Source of the DNA: Myxococcota bacterium
GTDB taxonomy: Bacteria; Myxococcota_A; UBA9160; SZUA-336
Assembly: GCA_965247115.1 (NCBI GenBank)
Contig: CBDFGR010000002.1
Span: 1,498,669 to 1,562,668, forward strand
Length of the DNA stretch: 64,000 nucleotides
Direction: 5' to 3'
Shown here: positions 17,878 to 27,253 of the stretch, in pieces
Position numbering within the stretch: the first letter of the stretch is position 1
Layout: every line of letters starts with the position of its first letter
Notes under the pieces: model-generated
The model's database searches: none
What the model was told of the DNA's origin: nothing
The model's input: only the letters and a program-made list of their open reading frames with translations
Translations under genes and position numbers: made by a program

Positions 17878-18984
17878 TCAGTACTGGATCACGCTGCGGA
17901 TGACCTCGCCAGCGTGCATCAGCTCGAAGGCGTCGTTTATTTTCTCGAGCGGCAGCGTCGCCGTGATCAGCTCGTCGATCTTGATGCGGCCGCTCATATA
18001 GCGATCGACGAAGCCCGGCAGCTGCGTGCGCCCGCGGGTCCCACCAAAGGCGCTGCCCCGCCACGAACGGCCCGTGACGAGGAGGAATGGCCGTGCCCTG
18101 ATCTCTTCGCCGGCGCCGGCCACACCGATGATGATCGCCTCTCCCCAGCCGCGATGTGTGCAGGCCAGCGCGGCGCTCATCACGTCGGTTCGACCGATGC
18201 ATTCGAAGGAGTAATCGACCCCGCCATCGGTCATGTCGACGATCGCGCCTGCGACGTCCTCCACTTCGCTCGGGTTCAGGAAGTCCGTCGCGCCGAGCTT
18301 CTCCGCCAGCTCGAACTTCTTCGGGTTGGTGTCGACGCCAACGATTCGCTCAGCCCCAGCGAGCACGGAGCCCTGGACGACGGAGAGACCGACGCCCCCC
18401 AGCCCGAACACCGCCACACTTGAGCCTGGCTCCACCTTCGCGGTGTGCAGGACAGCACCGATGCCGGTGGTGATCCCGCAACCGAGGAGACAGATTTTCT
18501 CGAGCGGCGCGTCCTTGCGCACCCTGGCGAGCGCGATCTCGGGCACCACACAGTACTCTCCGAACGTGGAGGTGCCCATGAAGTGGTGGATCAGCGTTCC
18601 CGATTGGGACAACCGACTCGTCCCGTCGGGCATCAAGCCCTGACCCTGGGTGGCGCGAATACGGGCGCACAAGTTCGTTCTGCCCGAGAGGCAGAACTTG
18701 CAGTCCCTACACTCGGGAATGTAGAGCGGGATGACGTGATCGCCGACCTCGACCGAGCGCACCCCGGTCCCCAGCTCCTCGACCACCCCTGCGCCCTCGT
18801 GACCCAGGACCGCGGGGAACACGCCCTCGGGATCGGCGCCACTCAGCGTGTAGGCATCTGTGTGGCAGACGCCGGTCGCAGCGAGGCGCACCAGGCATTC
18901 GCCCTCACGAGGGCCGTCGAGCTCGACCTCCTCGACCTCGAGCGGATGTCCCGCCTCCCACGCAACCGCGGCCTTGATCCTCAC
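17878..18984 (-). CDS. adhC: class III alcohol dehydrogenase / S-(hydroxymethyl)glutathione dehydrogenase
   Basis: GTG at 18984; ...RIKAAVAWEAGHPLEVEEVELDGPREGECLVRLAATGVCHTDAYTLSGADPEGVFPAVLGHEGAG... characteristic of FrmA/AdhC. Confidence 0.8.
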   Translation of the reverse strand: MRIKAAVAWEAGHPLEVEEVELDGPREGECLVRLAATGVCHTDAYTLSGADPEGVFPAVLGHEGAGVVEELGTGVRSVEVGDHVIPLYIPECRDCKFCLSGRTNLCARIRATQGQGLMPDGTSRLSQSGTLIHHFMGTSTFGEYCVVPEIALARVRKDAPLEKICLLGCGITTGIGAVLHTAKVEPGSSVAVFGLGGVGLSVVQGSVLAGAERIVGVDTNPKKFELAEKLGATDFLNPSEVEDVAGAIVDMTDGGVDYSFECIGRTDVMSAALACTHRGWGEAIIIGVAGAGEEIRARPFLLVTGRSWRGSAFGGTRGRTQLPGFVDRYMSGRIKIDELITATLPLEKINDAFELMHAGEVIRSVIQY

Positions 18985-19112
18985 GTCTCTGGGCCCCCTC
19001 CAAAGCAACGCTCGCAGCAGTATACTTACAGATGGGCGCTTTGACGGAAATATCACAATCTCTGAGGTTCGAGGGGTACAGGGCAGGTCTGCAACCGGCT
19101 ACTCTGCCACGC

Positions 19113-20168
19113 ATGCGTGAGAAGCGTGTTCTCGGCGACGCGATCGGCGTCCTCCCGACGGATTGCTACGACAACCCGACCTGGAAGGGTGTGGCCTGGC
19201 TGCTGCGCGACCTCGTCATCTACGCGACAGTGGTGATCGCGCTGGTGGCAGCCGATTCGATCTTCCTGGTCGTCCCGCTGTGGCTGCTCGCCTCGCTGAG
19301 CATCGCTGCGCTCTTCACTCTGGGACACGACGCTGCCCACGGTGCGCTGTTCCGCAGCGGGCGTCTGAACTACGTGCTCGGTCAGCTCGCGATGCTGCCC
19401 TCGCTGCATCTCTATGAGGCCTGGTGCTTCGGCCACAACCGGATCCACCACGGCCACACGACGCGCGAGAGCATGGACTACGTCTGGCACCCAGTGACGC
19501 CGCAGCAGTTCGCGGAGCTGTCCACCCGGCAACGGCTCGCACACCGTCTGATGTGGTCGTGGATCGGCGGGGGAATCTACTACCTGCGCGACATCTGGTG
19601 GCGAAACATGGTGCACTTCACGCCCCCGAGCCGGATTGCGGGCAAGGTCCGCCGCGATCGGATCGTCGTGGGGACGTTCTTCGCCGCCGCGAGCCTGGCT
19701 CTGTTCGGGCTCGGCGCATCGCTCTCGGGGACACTTGGCGGCGCGCTCTGGATGTGGGTCAAGGTCTTCGGCGTGCCCTTCCTGCTCTGGAATTACTGCA
19801 TCGGGATCGCCGTCTACGTCCACCACATCGCACAGGACATCCCCTGGAAGAAGCGTCGTGACTGGACGAAGTTCACCGGGCAGGTCGAGGGCACGACCGT
19901 GCTCCATGTCCCGCGCTTCATTAACTTCTTCTTCCACAACATCTTTCTGCACGTTCCCCACCACGTGGACATGCGGATCCCCTTCTACGGCCTCCCCGAG
20001 GCTGTCGTCGCCCTGCGCGAGCATTTCGGCGACGTCCTGCGCGAGCGCGAGTACCGCCTCCGCGACTACATCAAGACCACGCGCGCCTGCAAACTCTACG
20101 ACTTCGAAGCCGGCGTCTGGCGCAACTATTCCGGCGAAGCCGCAGACCCCGCGACTGCCCAGGCCTAG
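19113..20168 (+). CDS. membrane fatty acid desaturase
   Basis: Histidine boxes HDAAH, HNRIHH and HVPHH plus hydrophobic segments; ATG at 19113. Confidence 0.75.
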   Translation: MREKRVLGDAIGVLPTDCYDNPTWKGVAWLLRDLVIYATVVIALVAADSIFLVVPLWLLASLSIAALFTLGHDAAHGALFRSGRLNYVLGQLAMLPSLHLYEAWCFGHNRIHHGHTTRESMDYVWHPVTPQQFAELSTRQRLAHRLMWSWIGGGIYYLRDIWWRNMVHFTPPSRIAGKVRRDRIVVGTFFAAASLALFGLGASLSGTLGGALWMWVKVFGVPFLLWNYCIGIAVYVHHIAQDIPWKKRRDWTKFTGQVEGTTVLHVPRFINFFFHNIFLHVPHHVDMRIPFYGLPEAVVALREHFGDVLREREYRLRDYIKTTRACKLYDFEAGVWRNYSGEAADPATAQA

Positions 20169-20272
20169 GTCACCCGTCCCGCGACTGGAGCCCGAGACGA
20201 AGGGTGGGGTCCGCGCCCCGACCTCCCGGTCGGAGGCGTCTTCCGAGCGCTACAGATTTCCCGAGGAACGAC

Positions 20273-20872
20273 CTAGGCAGGAGAGGCCCGCGTCCCACCT
20301 GGCACCGCCGAGGGATCCAGAAGCCCGTGGCGTCGCCAGCCGACTCTCAGGAGCCAGGTGTGCGCGTTGGCGACTGGTCGAGGCCGCTCTACACGCTCGA
20401 GTCGAGCCGTACCTCTCTTCCACCCATCAAACCACCGGCCCGAGGAGGCGGGATCCAGAGCCGTGCGCGCAGTTCGGCGATGCCGGGCCGCGTTGAGCAG
20501 TACGTACCGGATTGCATTCCGGACTTCGTGCGGCGTCTTCAGAACCCGCATGTGGTAGCGATCCGCCAGCAGCAAACCTCGCCACCCGAACGCCCGCCGC
20601 ATCGCCCAGATCATCCTTCTGCTCAAGGACTTCATCCCACGACCGAGGGCGTGCTGATCCTTCGCCTCAACGATCAGGTGTGCGTGATCCCGCAAGAGAG
20701 CGTAGTGCACCAGCCGAAACTCGCCCCTGTCGCACCCACGAGTGGCGAGCGTATCCTCGAACGCTCGCACAAAGGCCGGAGCCCGTAGCGACGGAACTCC
20801 CTCGCGTACTCGCAGCGTCACGTGGCACGGATGTCTCGACGGCAGCTTTGGCCGACTCCGATGCTGAACCAG
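20273..20872 (-). CDS. Y1 (HUH) transposase, IS200/IS605-like / REP-associated tyrosine transposase-like; start codon unresolved
   Basis: ...HVTLRVREGVPSLR...EFRLVHYALLRDHAHLIVEAKD...LLADRYHMRVLKTPHEVRNAIRYVLLNAARH... then DPASSGRWFDGW tail; HuH motif (H-A-H) and catalytic RY. No ATG/GTG/TTG found just upstream of the conserved core. Confidence 0.55.
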   Translation of the reverse strand: MVQHRSRPKLPSRHPCHVTLRVREGVPSLRAPAFVRAFEDTLATRGCDRGEFRLVHYALLRDHAHLIVEAKDQHALGRGMKSLSRRMIWAMRRAFGWRGLLLADRYHMRVLKTPHEVRNAIRYVLLNAARHRRTARTALDPASSGRWFDGWKRGTARLERVERPRPVANAHTWLLRVGWRRHGLLDPSAVPGGTRASPA

Positions 20873-21024
20873 GGGGTTTGGGCCAGGCTTGCGCCCAGCC
20901 CCCGTGCGCCGCCCGCCATGACGCGCGGGAGGCCGTAGATCAAGGGAGAGCTGTCTGTTTGATTGCGTCACTCTATCACCGATAAGTGTAGAATAGGGCG
21001 TTCTAAGAACGGGCCTTCGGCGAG

Positions 21025-21570
21025 TTTGGCCTGCCCCTGCGTGATCTTGACGGACAACGGGTCCCCTTTCGTGGCTCCGCGGGCTCACCGGCTCAGTGTG
21101 TGATGGAATGAGCCTCGGGATCCGCCCCGTTCGCATCGAGCCTGCCCACCCGGAGCAGAACGGGGCTCACGAGCGCATGCACCGGACCCTCAAGGCCGAG
21201 ACCACGCATCCGCCTGCCGGAAACCGCGGCGTCCAGCAACGCCGCTTCAATCGCTTCCGGCAGATCTACAACGAGGAGCGGCCACACGAAGCGCTCGGTC
21301 AGGTCCCTCCTGCAAAGGTGTGTGGCGCCCTTCGGCTCGAGCCTTTCCCGAGCGGATCCCTCTTCCGGAGTATCCCGAACACTAGACAACAGAGTGTTAC
21401 CCATGTTGCCGGTCTAACCGTTACCCATGTCCCGGGTTGAACAAAGATCGCCGCGCTAGAAGGCCCGCTTTATCGGGCTCGACGAGACCGAGGACGGGAT
21501 CTGGTCGGTCTACTTCAGAGACGTCCTGCTCGGTCGCTACCACGAGGAAGAACGGAGGATCTTCTGGTAA
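21025..21570 (+). pseudogene. DDE transposase (rve integrase-core) C-terminal remnant, frameshifted
   Basis: Three frames carry consecutive pieces: VILTDNGSPFVA; MSLGIRPVRIEPAHPEQNGAHERMHRTLKAE...YNEERPHEALGQVPPAKV; ...RFIGLDETEDGIWSVYFRDVLLGRYHEEERRIFW*. N-terminal half absent. Confidence 0.55.
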
Positions 21571-21655
21571 GGCCGGGCTCCTGCGAGCCTGTGTCTCGAA
21601 GCCAATGAATGCAAGTGGAATAGAGAAGAAAGACAGACGGGCCGATCCAACGGAC

Positions 21656-21943
21656 CTAGCGAGGGGCTCCGGAGGTGCCGTGGGCGTCGCGGCGCGCGGC
21701 TTCGTCGACGTGGATGGGGATCTGGAGGACCTGGCTCGGATAGATGCGGGCCGGGTCTTTGATCTGGTCTCGGTTGAACTTGTAGATGACTGGCCAGAGG
21801 TAGGGGTCGGCGTAGATGTCCGGCTGGCCAGCGATCGACCAGAGGGATTCGCCGCTCTCCACCGTGTGCTCGATGGTCTCGGCTGCGTTCGCTGACAGCG
21901 TCGTCAGGGCCAGGATTCCTATGCTCGCGGCGAAGCTCCTCAC
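21656..21943 (-). CDS. small secreted LysM domain protein
   Basis: 95 aa; signal-peptide-like MRSFAASIGILALTTLSANA then HTVESGESLWSIAGQ...YPSQVLQIP LysM motif; 4-bp overlap with aspS stop. Confidence 0.65.
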   Translation of the reverse strand: MRSFAASIGILALTTLSANAAETIEHTVESGESLWSIAGQPDIYADPYLWPVIYKFNRDQIKDPARIYPSQVLQIPIHVDEAARRDAHGTSGAPR

Positions 21944-23748
21944 TCGTCCGCGCTCTCGGTGACCACGCCGCGCAGCCGGATGCCGAGCTCCTGCAGCTGC
22001 TGGCCGGTCACGCTGCTGGGCGACTCCATGAACATGTCCTGCCCGCGCTGCGTCTTCGGGAAGGCAATCACGTCGCGAAGACTGTCGCCGCCAGCGAGCA
22101 GCAGGCAGAGGCGGTCGAGGCCGAACGCGAAGCCCCCGTGCGGAGGGGCGCCGGTCTCGAGCGCCTCGAGCATGAAGCCGAAGCGCGCGCGCGCCTCGGC
22201 TTCGGGATAACCGAGCAGCTCGAGGATCTTCAGCTGCACGTCGGAGCGATGGTTCCTCAGGCTGCCGGAGCCCAGCTCTACGCCGTTCAGCACCAGGTCG
22301 TAGTGGGTCGTCTTGACCCGAAGCGGCTCGGAGTCGAGCAGCGGGATGTCTTGCTCTTCAGGTGCGACGAAGGGCATGTGCATGGGTGTGAGTCCGCCGC
22401 CCTCCGCCTCCTCGAAGAGCGGGAAGCCGAGCACGAAGTGTACGTCCCAGAGACGGCCGTCGGTGCGCCCGAGGCGCTCGCCAAGCTCGACCCGCAGCCG
22501 CCCCAATACGTCGCTCACCAGGGCGGGCCGGTCGGCGCAGAACAGGAGCACGTGCCCGGGCTCCAGGCCAGCGCGTCCAGCGATCGCGCTGCGCTCCTCC
22601 TCGCTCAGGAACTTCGCGATCGGGGAGGCCCAGGAGCCGTCCTCCTTGACCCGCACCCAGGCCAGACCGCGCGCTCCCCACTTGCGGGCCTGCTCGCCAA
22701 GCCGGTCCAGGTCGCTCCTGGTCACCTCATCGGCGCGCGGGAGCGGGAGCCCTCGTACCACGCCCCCGCGCTCTATGGCGGAGGCGAACACCTCGAAGCC
22801 ACTCTCTGCGACGACATCCGAGAAGTCGACGAGCTCGAGCTGGATGCGGCGATCCGGTCGATCCGAACCGTAGCGCGACATGGCCTCTTCGTAGCTGATG
22901 CGATCGAAGGGGCGCGGTAGCTCGACCCCTACCACGTCCTGGAGCGCGCAGGCGGTGATCTCTTCCAGCACCTGCAGCACCTCGGCAACACCGACAAACG
23001 ACAACTCGAGGTCGAGCTGCGTGAACTCGAGCTGGCGGTCGGCGCGCTGGTCCTCGTCACGAAAGCAACGTGCGATCTGAAAGTAGCTGTCGAATCCGGC
23101 GACCATTAGCATCTGCTTCATGATCTGCGGAGACTGCGGCAGCGCGTAGAAGCTGCCGTGCTGAAGCCGACTCGGGACCAGGAAGTCCCTGGCGCCCTCG
23201 GGCGTGGCCCGCGCGAGCAGCGGCGTCTCTATCTCGTACATGCCAAGGCTCGTGCACGTGCGACGCAATGACTGCAGCAGCCGGTGCCGCAGCTCGAGCC
23301 GACGCTGCATGACTGGGCGCCGCAGCTCGTGGATCCGATGCCGTAGCCTGACGGCATCTTCCACCACCGTGTCGTCCTCGAGAGTGAACGGCGGCGTTGC
23401 CGCCGTGTTCAGGATCCGCACCTCGTCCGCGATCAGCTCGACCTCGCCCGTCGGGAGCTTGGTATTGATCGCGTCGTCGGCACGCCGCTCGAGACGTCCG
23501 CGTACGGCCAGGACCCACTCGGAGCGGATTTGCTGCGCCCGCTCGTGCGCCTCGGGCGCGTTGTCAGGTTTGAACACCACCTGGGCAATGCCGGTGCGAT
23601 CGCGCAGGTCGATGAAGACGACTCCGCCGTGATCTCTGCGGCGTCTTACCCAGCCACACAGGGTGACTTGCTGCCCGACTCGTTCCGCGCGCACCTCGCC
23701 ACAGAATTGTGTGCGACGCAAAGTTCCTAAGGGATCGAGCTGCACCAC
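21940..23748 (-). CDS. aspS: aspartate--tRNA ligase
   Basis: 602 aa; ...FIDLRDRTGIAQVVF..., ...QSPQIMKQMLMVAGFDSYFQIARCFRDED..., ...GGFAFGLDRL class II motifs. Confidence 0.9.
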   Translation of the reverse strand: MVQLDPLGTLRRTQFCGEVRAERVGQQVTLCGWVRRRRDHGGVVFIDLRDRTGIAQVVFKPDNAPEAHERAQQIRSEWVLAVRGRLERRADDAINTKLPTGEVELIADEVRILNTAATPPFTLEDDTVVEDAVRLRHRIHELRRPVMQRRLELRHRLLQSLRRTCTSLGMYEIETPLLARATPEGARDFLVPSRLQHGSFYALPQSPQIMKQMLMVAGFDSYFQIARCFRDEDQRADRQLEFTQLDLELSFVGVAEVLQVLEEITACALQDVVGVELPRPFDRISYEEAMSRYGSDRPDRRIQLELVDFSDVVAESGFEVFASAIERGGVVRGLPLPRADEVTRSDLDRLGEQARKWGARGLAWVRVKEDGSWASPIAKFLSEEERSAIAGRAGLEPGHVLLFCADRPALVSDVLGRLRVELGERLGRTDGRLWDVHFVLGFPLFEEAEGGGLTPMHMPFVAPEEQDIPLLDSEPLRVKTTHYDLVLNGVELGSGSLRNHRSDVQLKILELLGYPEAEARARFGFMLEALETGAPPHGGFAFGLDRLCLLLAGGDSLRDVIAFPKTQRGQDMFMESPSSVTGQQLQELGIRLRGVVTESADE

Positions 23749-23782
23749 CGCAGGCGGAGCCTACCAACCGCTCCCGACGCGG

Positions 23783-25198
23783 TCAAAAAAGACCTGGCAG
23801 CGGTCCGGGGTCGCTGAGCTCGTTGGCCGAGCAGACCTTGTTCCTGCCGAGCGCCTTGCCCAGGTACATCGCCTTGTCGGCGAGATCGAGGATCATCTCG
23901 GACGTTTCGCCGTTACCGGGGAAGCTGGCGACACCGATGCTGAGCGTCAGGCTGAGCTGCAGCCCTCGTTCTGCTCCGAACCGAGCGTCCTCCACGCTCC
24001 GGCGTATGCGCTCCGCGACCTCTAGCGCCTTGTCCTGGTCTGTGTCCGCCAGCAGGATCGTGAATTCGTCGCCGCCGTAGCGCCCGACGGTATCGATCGC
24101 CCGAATCTGCTTGTGCAGGAGCTGGCCGAGCTCCATCAGCACGCGCGAGCCCACCAGGTGTCCGAACTGGTCATTCACGTTCTTGAAGCGGTCCAGGTCC
24201 AGGAACAGCACGCTCAGCTGGCTGTGCGCGCGGGTGGCCCGGCTGACCTCTCGATCGAGGGCGGAGAGCAGGTAGCGTGCGTTGTAGAGCCCGGTCACGT
24301 CATCCACGAACGCGCGCTCGCGCGCCTGGACGAAGCGGTCTGCGTTGATAAGGGCCAGCTCGGACTGGGTGGCCACGAGCTCCCCGCGACGGGTCTCATC
24401 GGGCGTAAAGGCCCGGCCCTCCGGGAGCACCCAGATGCCCCCGGCAACGTGACCGTCGAGACACACGGGTAGACTCAGGATCTCCTCCCCCTCGGCCAAG
24501 CAGCCAAGCTGAGTCAGGAGCGCCTGGCTCGACGCGTCACATCCGCCCTCGGACTCGAGCGCGCCGAGATCGAACAGCTTGTCGCGCTGGATGGAATCCC
24601 GCAGCTCGGGGACCCCTTCCACGGGAAAGCCCCTGAGGTGAACACCCTCCGAGGGACGGGCTTGCTCACCGTACGCGAGTCTCCCGATGGCCATGGAACG
24701 GCTCACGACTCGGAGGACGATGTCCAGAGCCAGGGGCAGCACGTCGGATGTCTCGAGGCAGGAGGCGAGGCTTCGTGTGGCCTCGAAAGCCTGGATGCAG
24801 CCACGCAGGGCTTCGTTCTCCGAGAGGAGATGTCGGCGCAGCAAGGTGCGCTTGACGCAGTAGACGATCTCTGGCGCGGTGACGGGCTTGCGCAGGAAGT
24901 CCGCAGCGCCCAGCCGCATGGCCTGGAGAGCGCTTTCCAGCGAGGCGTAGCCCGTCAGGACCACCACTTCGGTCGACGGCCAGTCCCGCCGCACCTGCTC
25001 CATCAGCTCGAAGCCGTCCATCTCGCGCATGGAGAGGTCCGTCAGGAGCAGCTCGACCGCGCCATTGCGACCCAGCCATTCCAGGGCTTCCATCCCGGAG
25101 GTCGCGAGGTGTACTCGGAAGCCCTCCTGCGCAAGGGCGTCCCGCGTCATTTCGCGAATCAGTAGATCATCGTCGACGACCAGAACTCGCCTGCTCAC
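23783..25198 (-). CDS. response regulator with receiver domain and GGDEF diguanylate cyclase domain
   Basis: N-terminal VLVVDDDLLIREM...LTDLSMREMDG receiver; C-terminal DDVTGLYNARYL...RYGGDEFTILL GGDEF signature. Confidence 0.85.
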   Translation of the reverse strand: MSRRVLVVDDDLLIREMTRDALAQEGFRVHLATSGMEALEWLGRNGAVELLLTDLSMREMDGFELMEQVRRDWPSTEVVVLTGYASLESALQAMRLGAADFLRKPVTAPEIVYCVKRTLLRRHLLSENEALRGCIQAFEATRSLASCLETSDVLPLALDIVLRVVSRSMAIGRLAYGEQARPSEGVHLRGFPVEGVPELRDSIQRDKLFDLGALESEGGCDASSQALLTQLGCLAEGEEILSLPVCLDGHVAGGIWVLPEGRAFTPDETRRGELVATQSELALINADRFVQARERAFVDDVTGLYNARYLLSALDREVSRATRAHSQLSVLFLDLDRFKNVNDQFGHLVGSRVLMELGQLLHKQIRAIDTVGRYGGDEFTILLADTDQDKALEVAERIRRSVEDARFGAERGLQLSLTLSIGVASFPGNGETSEMILDLADKAMYLGKALGRNKVCSANELSDPGPLPGLF

Positions 25199-25275
25199 CA
25201 GATGGGCCCCTGGACAGTCCGTCCCATCGCGCTCTTTCGGCGAGCACTGCCTTTACCCTTAGGGGTGGCGCAGCC

Positions 25276-26463
25276 CTACTTGCGGAGCCTGAGTCGGAGG
25301 GCGTTCAGGCGGATGAAGCCGGTGGCGTCGCGCTGGTCGTAGCTGTCATCGGCCTCGAAGCTCGCGATGTCCTCTCGGTAGAGCGTGTTCGGGGACTTGC
25401 GACCCAGAATCGAGACGGCGCCCTTGTACAGGCGCACGCGCACGGTGCCGGTGACGAGCTCCTGGCTGTGCGCGACGGCTGCGCGCAAGAACTCCAGCTC
25501 CGGAGAGAACCAGAAGCCATTGTAGATCAGCTGCGCGATGCGCGGGATGAGGCGATCCCGCTCCAGCAGGACCTCGCGATCGACGCTGATCGACTCGAGT
25601 GCCCTGTGGGCCGCGTGAAGAACTGTCCCGCCTGGCGTCTCGTAGACCCCCCTCGCCTTCATGCCCACCGCCCTGCTCTCGACGATGTCCACGCGGCCGA
25701 CCCCGTGTGACGCCCCCAGCAGGTTGAGCCTCTCCAACAGCTCGACCGGCCCCAGACGCTCCCCCTCGACCCGCACCGGGGCTCCCGCCTCGAAGTCAAT
25801 CTCGAGCTCGGCAGGTCGGTCTGGCGCGTCTACAGGGGACGTCGTCCACTCGAACATGGCCTCGTCCGGCGAGCGCCAGGGATCCTCGAGGACGCCACCT
25901 TCGTAGCTGATGTGGAAGAGGTTGCGGTCGATCGAGTACGGCTGCTCGAGCGACGCCTCGACGGGGATGTCGAACTTGTCCGCGTAGCTCAGGAGCTCAG
26001 TCCGTCCGCGCAGGTCCCACTCGCGCCACGGGGCGATGATCTTGAGCTCAGGAGCGAGCGCCTGGAAAGCCAGCTCGAAGCGCAGCTGGTCGTTCCCCTT
26101 CCCGGTGCACCCGTGCGAGAGCGCATCCGCCCCGAACTCCCGAGCCACCCTCACCATCTCCTTGGCCAGAACGGGTCGCGCGAGCGAGGTCCCCAGCAGG
26201 TAGCTGCCCTCGTAGACGGCGCCAGACTGGATCGCGAAGTAGCAGAAGTCGCGTACGAACTCCTCGCGCAGGTCCGACACGACGCACTCCACGGCGCCCG
26301 TGTCGAGGGCCTTCTTGCGGACGGCATCGAGGTCTTCGGCCTGGCCGACGTTCCCGCACCACGCGACCACCTCGGCACCGTAGGTCTCGATCAGCCACGT
26401 GAGGATCACGGAGGTATCGAGCCCGCCGGAGTAGGCCAGCAGGATGCGCTTTACGTCCGACAT
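25276..26463 (-). CDS. argG: argininosuccinate synthase
   Basis: 395 aa; ILLAYSGGLDTSVILTWL...SHGCTGKGNDQLRFE. Confidence 0.95.
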   Translation of the reverse strand: MSDVKRILLAYSGGLDTSVILTWLIETYGAEVVAWCGNVGQAEDLDAVRKKALDTGAVECVVSDLREEFVRDFCYFAIQSGAVYEGSYLLGTSLARPVLAKEMVRVAREFGADALSHGCTGKGNDQLRFELAFQALAPELKIIAPWREWDLRGRTELLSYADKFDIPVEASLEQPYSIDRNLFHISYEGGVLEDPWRSPDEAMFEWTTSPVDAPDRPAELEIDFEAGAPVRVEGERLGPVELLERLNLLGASHGVGRVDIVESRAVGMKARGVYETPGGTVLHAAHRALESISVDREVLLERDRLIPRIAQLIYNGFWFSPELEFLRAAVAHSQELVTGTVRVRLYKGAVSILGRKSPNTLYREDIASFEADDSYDQRDATGFIRLNALRLRLRK

Positions 26464-26517
26464 CGTGGCGCATGATAGCCGGCTGGCCGGGGTGACGCGA
26501 CGCCGCGTCGCGTCGGT

Positions 26518-26901
26518 TCAGGCGACGATCTTCTCACGGATCAGGCGCGCCAGCACCTCGAGCGTTCGTTGTCGGCTGCAGGTCGACAGGCTGAGCAGGT
26601 CGCCGATCGACACCTTGCCGTCGATCTGCGAGAGCATGTGGCCTTCCTCTCGGTCGAGCTTCAGCTTCAGCATCTCCTCGGTCGTGCAGTTCAGCTGCAG
26701 CGCGCGTCCCTGGTCTCCGATCTGCTTCGACCACTTCTCGGCGCGCGCGTTGCCGACCAGCTGCAAGTAGCCCTGTACGTCGAGACGCTCCGAGTCGACC
26801 TTGGAGACCTTTTCGAGGTTCTTCCAGGCGTGATCCAGCTCGCCGATCTTGTACGCTGCGAGCGCATCCGCGATCAGCTCCTCGTGGTCCTCTGACTTCA
26901 C
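26518..26901 (-). CDS. hypothetical protein; possibly the C-terminal part of the upstream TPR ORF (same frame, separated by one TAA)
   Basis: Track ORF 127 aa begins at GTG 26901; same reading frame as 26974..27249; no family recognised. Confidence 0.35.
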   Translation of the reverse strand: MKSEDHEELIADALAAYKIGELDHAWKNLEKVSKVDSERLDVQGYLQLVGNARAEKWSKQIGDQGRALQLNCTTEEMLKLKLDREEGHMLSQIDGKVSIGDLLSLSTCSRQRTLEVLARLIREKIVA

Positions 26902-26973
26902 GACAACGACGTCGCCGATCGCTCGCGTCAGCGAGATCTCGTTGGGGTCCGGCGCATCGTCAGTCAGCTCGAA

Positions 26974-27249
26974 TTAGGAGAAGGGCGTGGAATCATCGTC
27001 GAGCGCATCCGCCCCGAGCTCCTCGAGCTCCACGAATTCCTCGACTTCCTCGACTTCCTCGACCTCCGCCACCTCCAGATCTCGTTCCTGGTACGCGTTG
27101 GCAAGGTAATCGTGGATGGCGTTGTTCTCCGGGTCGATCGCCCGCGCTCGCTCCCAGCAATCGATCGCAGCCTCGAGGTTGCTCAGCCCGTAGTGGTTGA
27201 GTCCCCGCTTGAGCAGGCGCGTAACCTCCTTGTTGCGATCCGCGGCCAA
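26974..27249 (-). CDS. small TPR-like protein with acidic tail
   Basis: 91 aa; ...GLSNLEAAIDCWERARAIDPENNAIHDYLANAYQ... TPR-like helix pair, then EVEEVEEVEEF acidic run; stop TAA at 26974-26976. Confidence 0.4.
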   Translation of the reverse strand: MAADRNKEVTRLLKRGLNHYGLSNLEAAIDCWERARAIDPENNAIHDYLANAYQERDLEVAEVEEVEEVEEFVELEELGADALDDDSTPFS

Positions 27250-27253
27250 GCTC

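Noticed and set aside
20873-21136. N-terminal 90 codons of track ORF 20273..21136 as part of the Y1 transposase
   Set aside because: This stretch is low-complexity, overlaps a hairpin and the DDE remnant on the other strand, and precedes the conserved core where Y1 transposases normally begin; treated as non-coding, though the true start remains unresolved.
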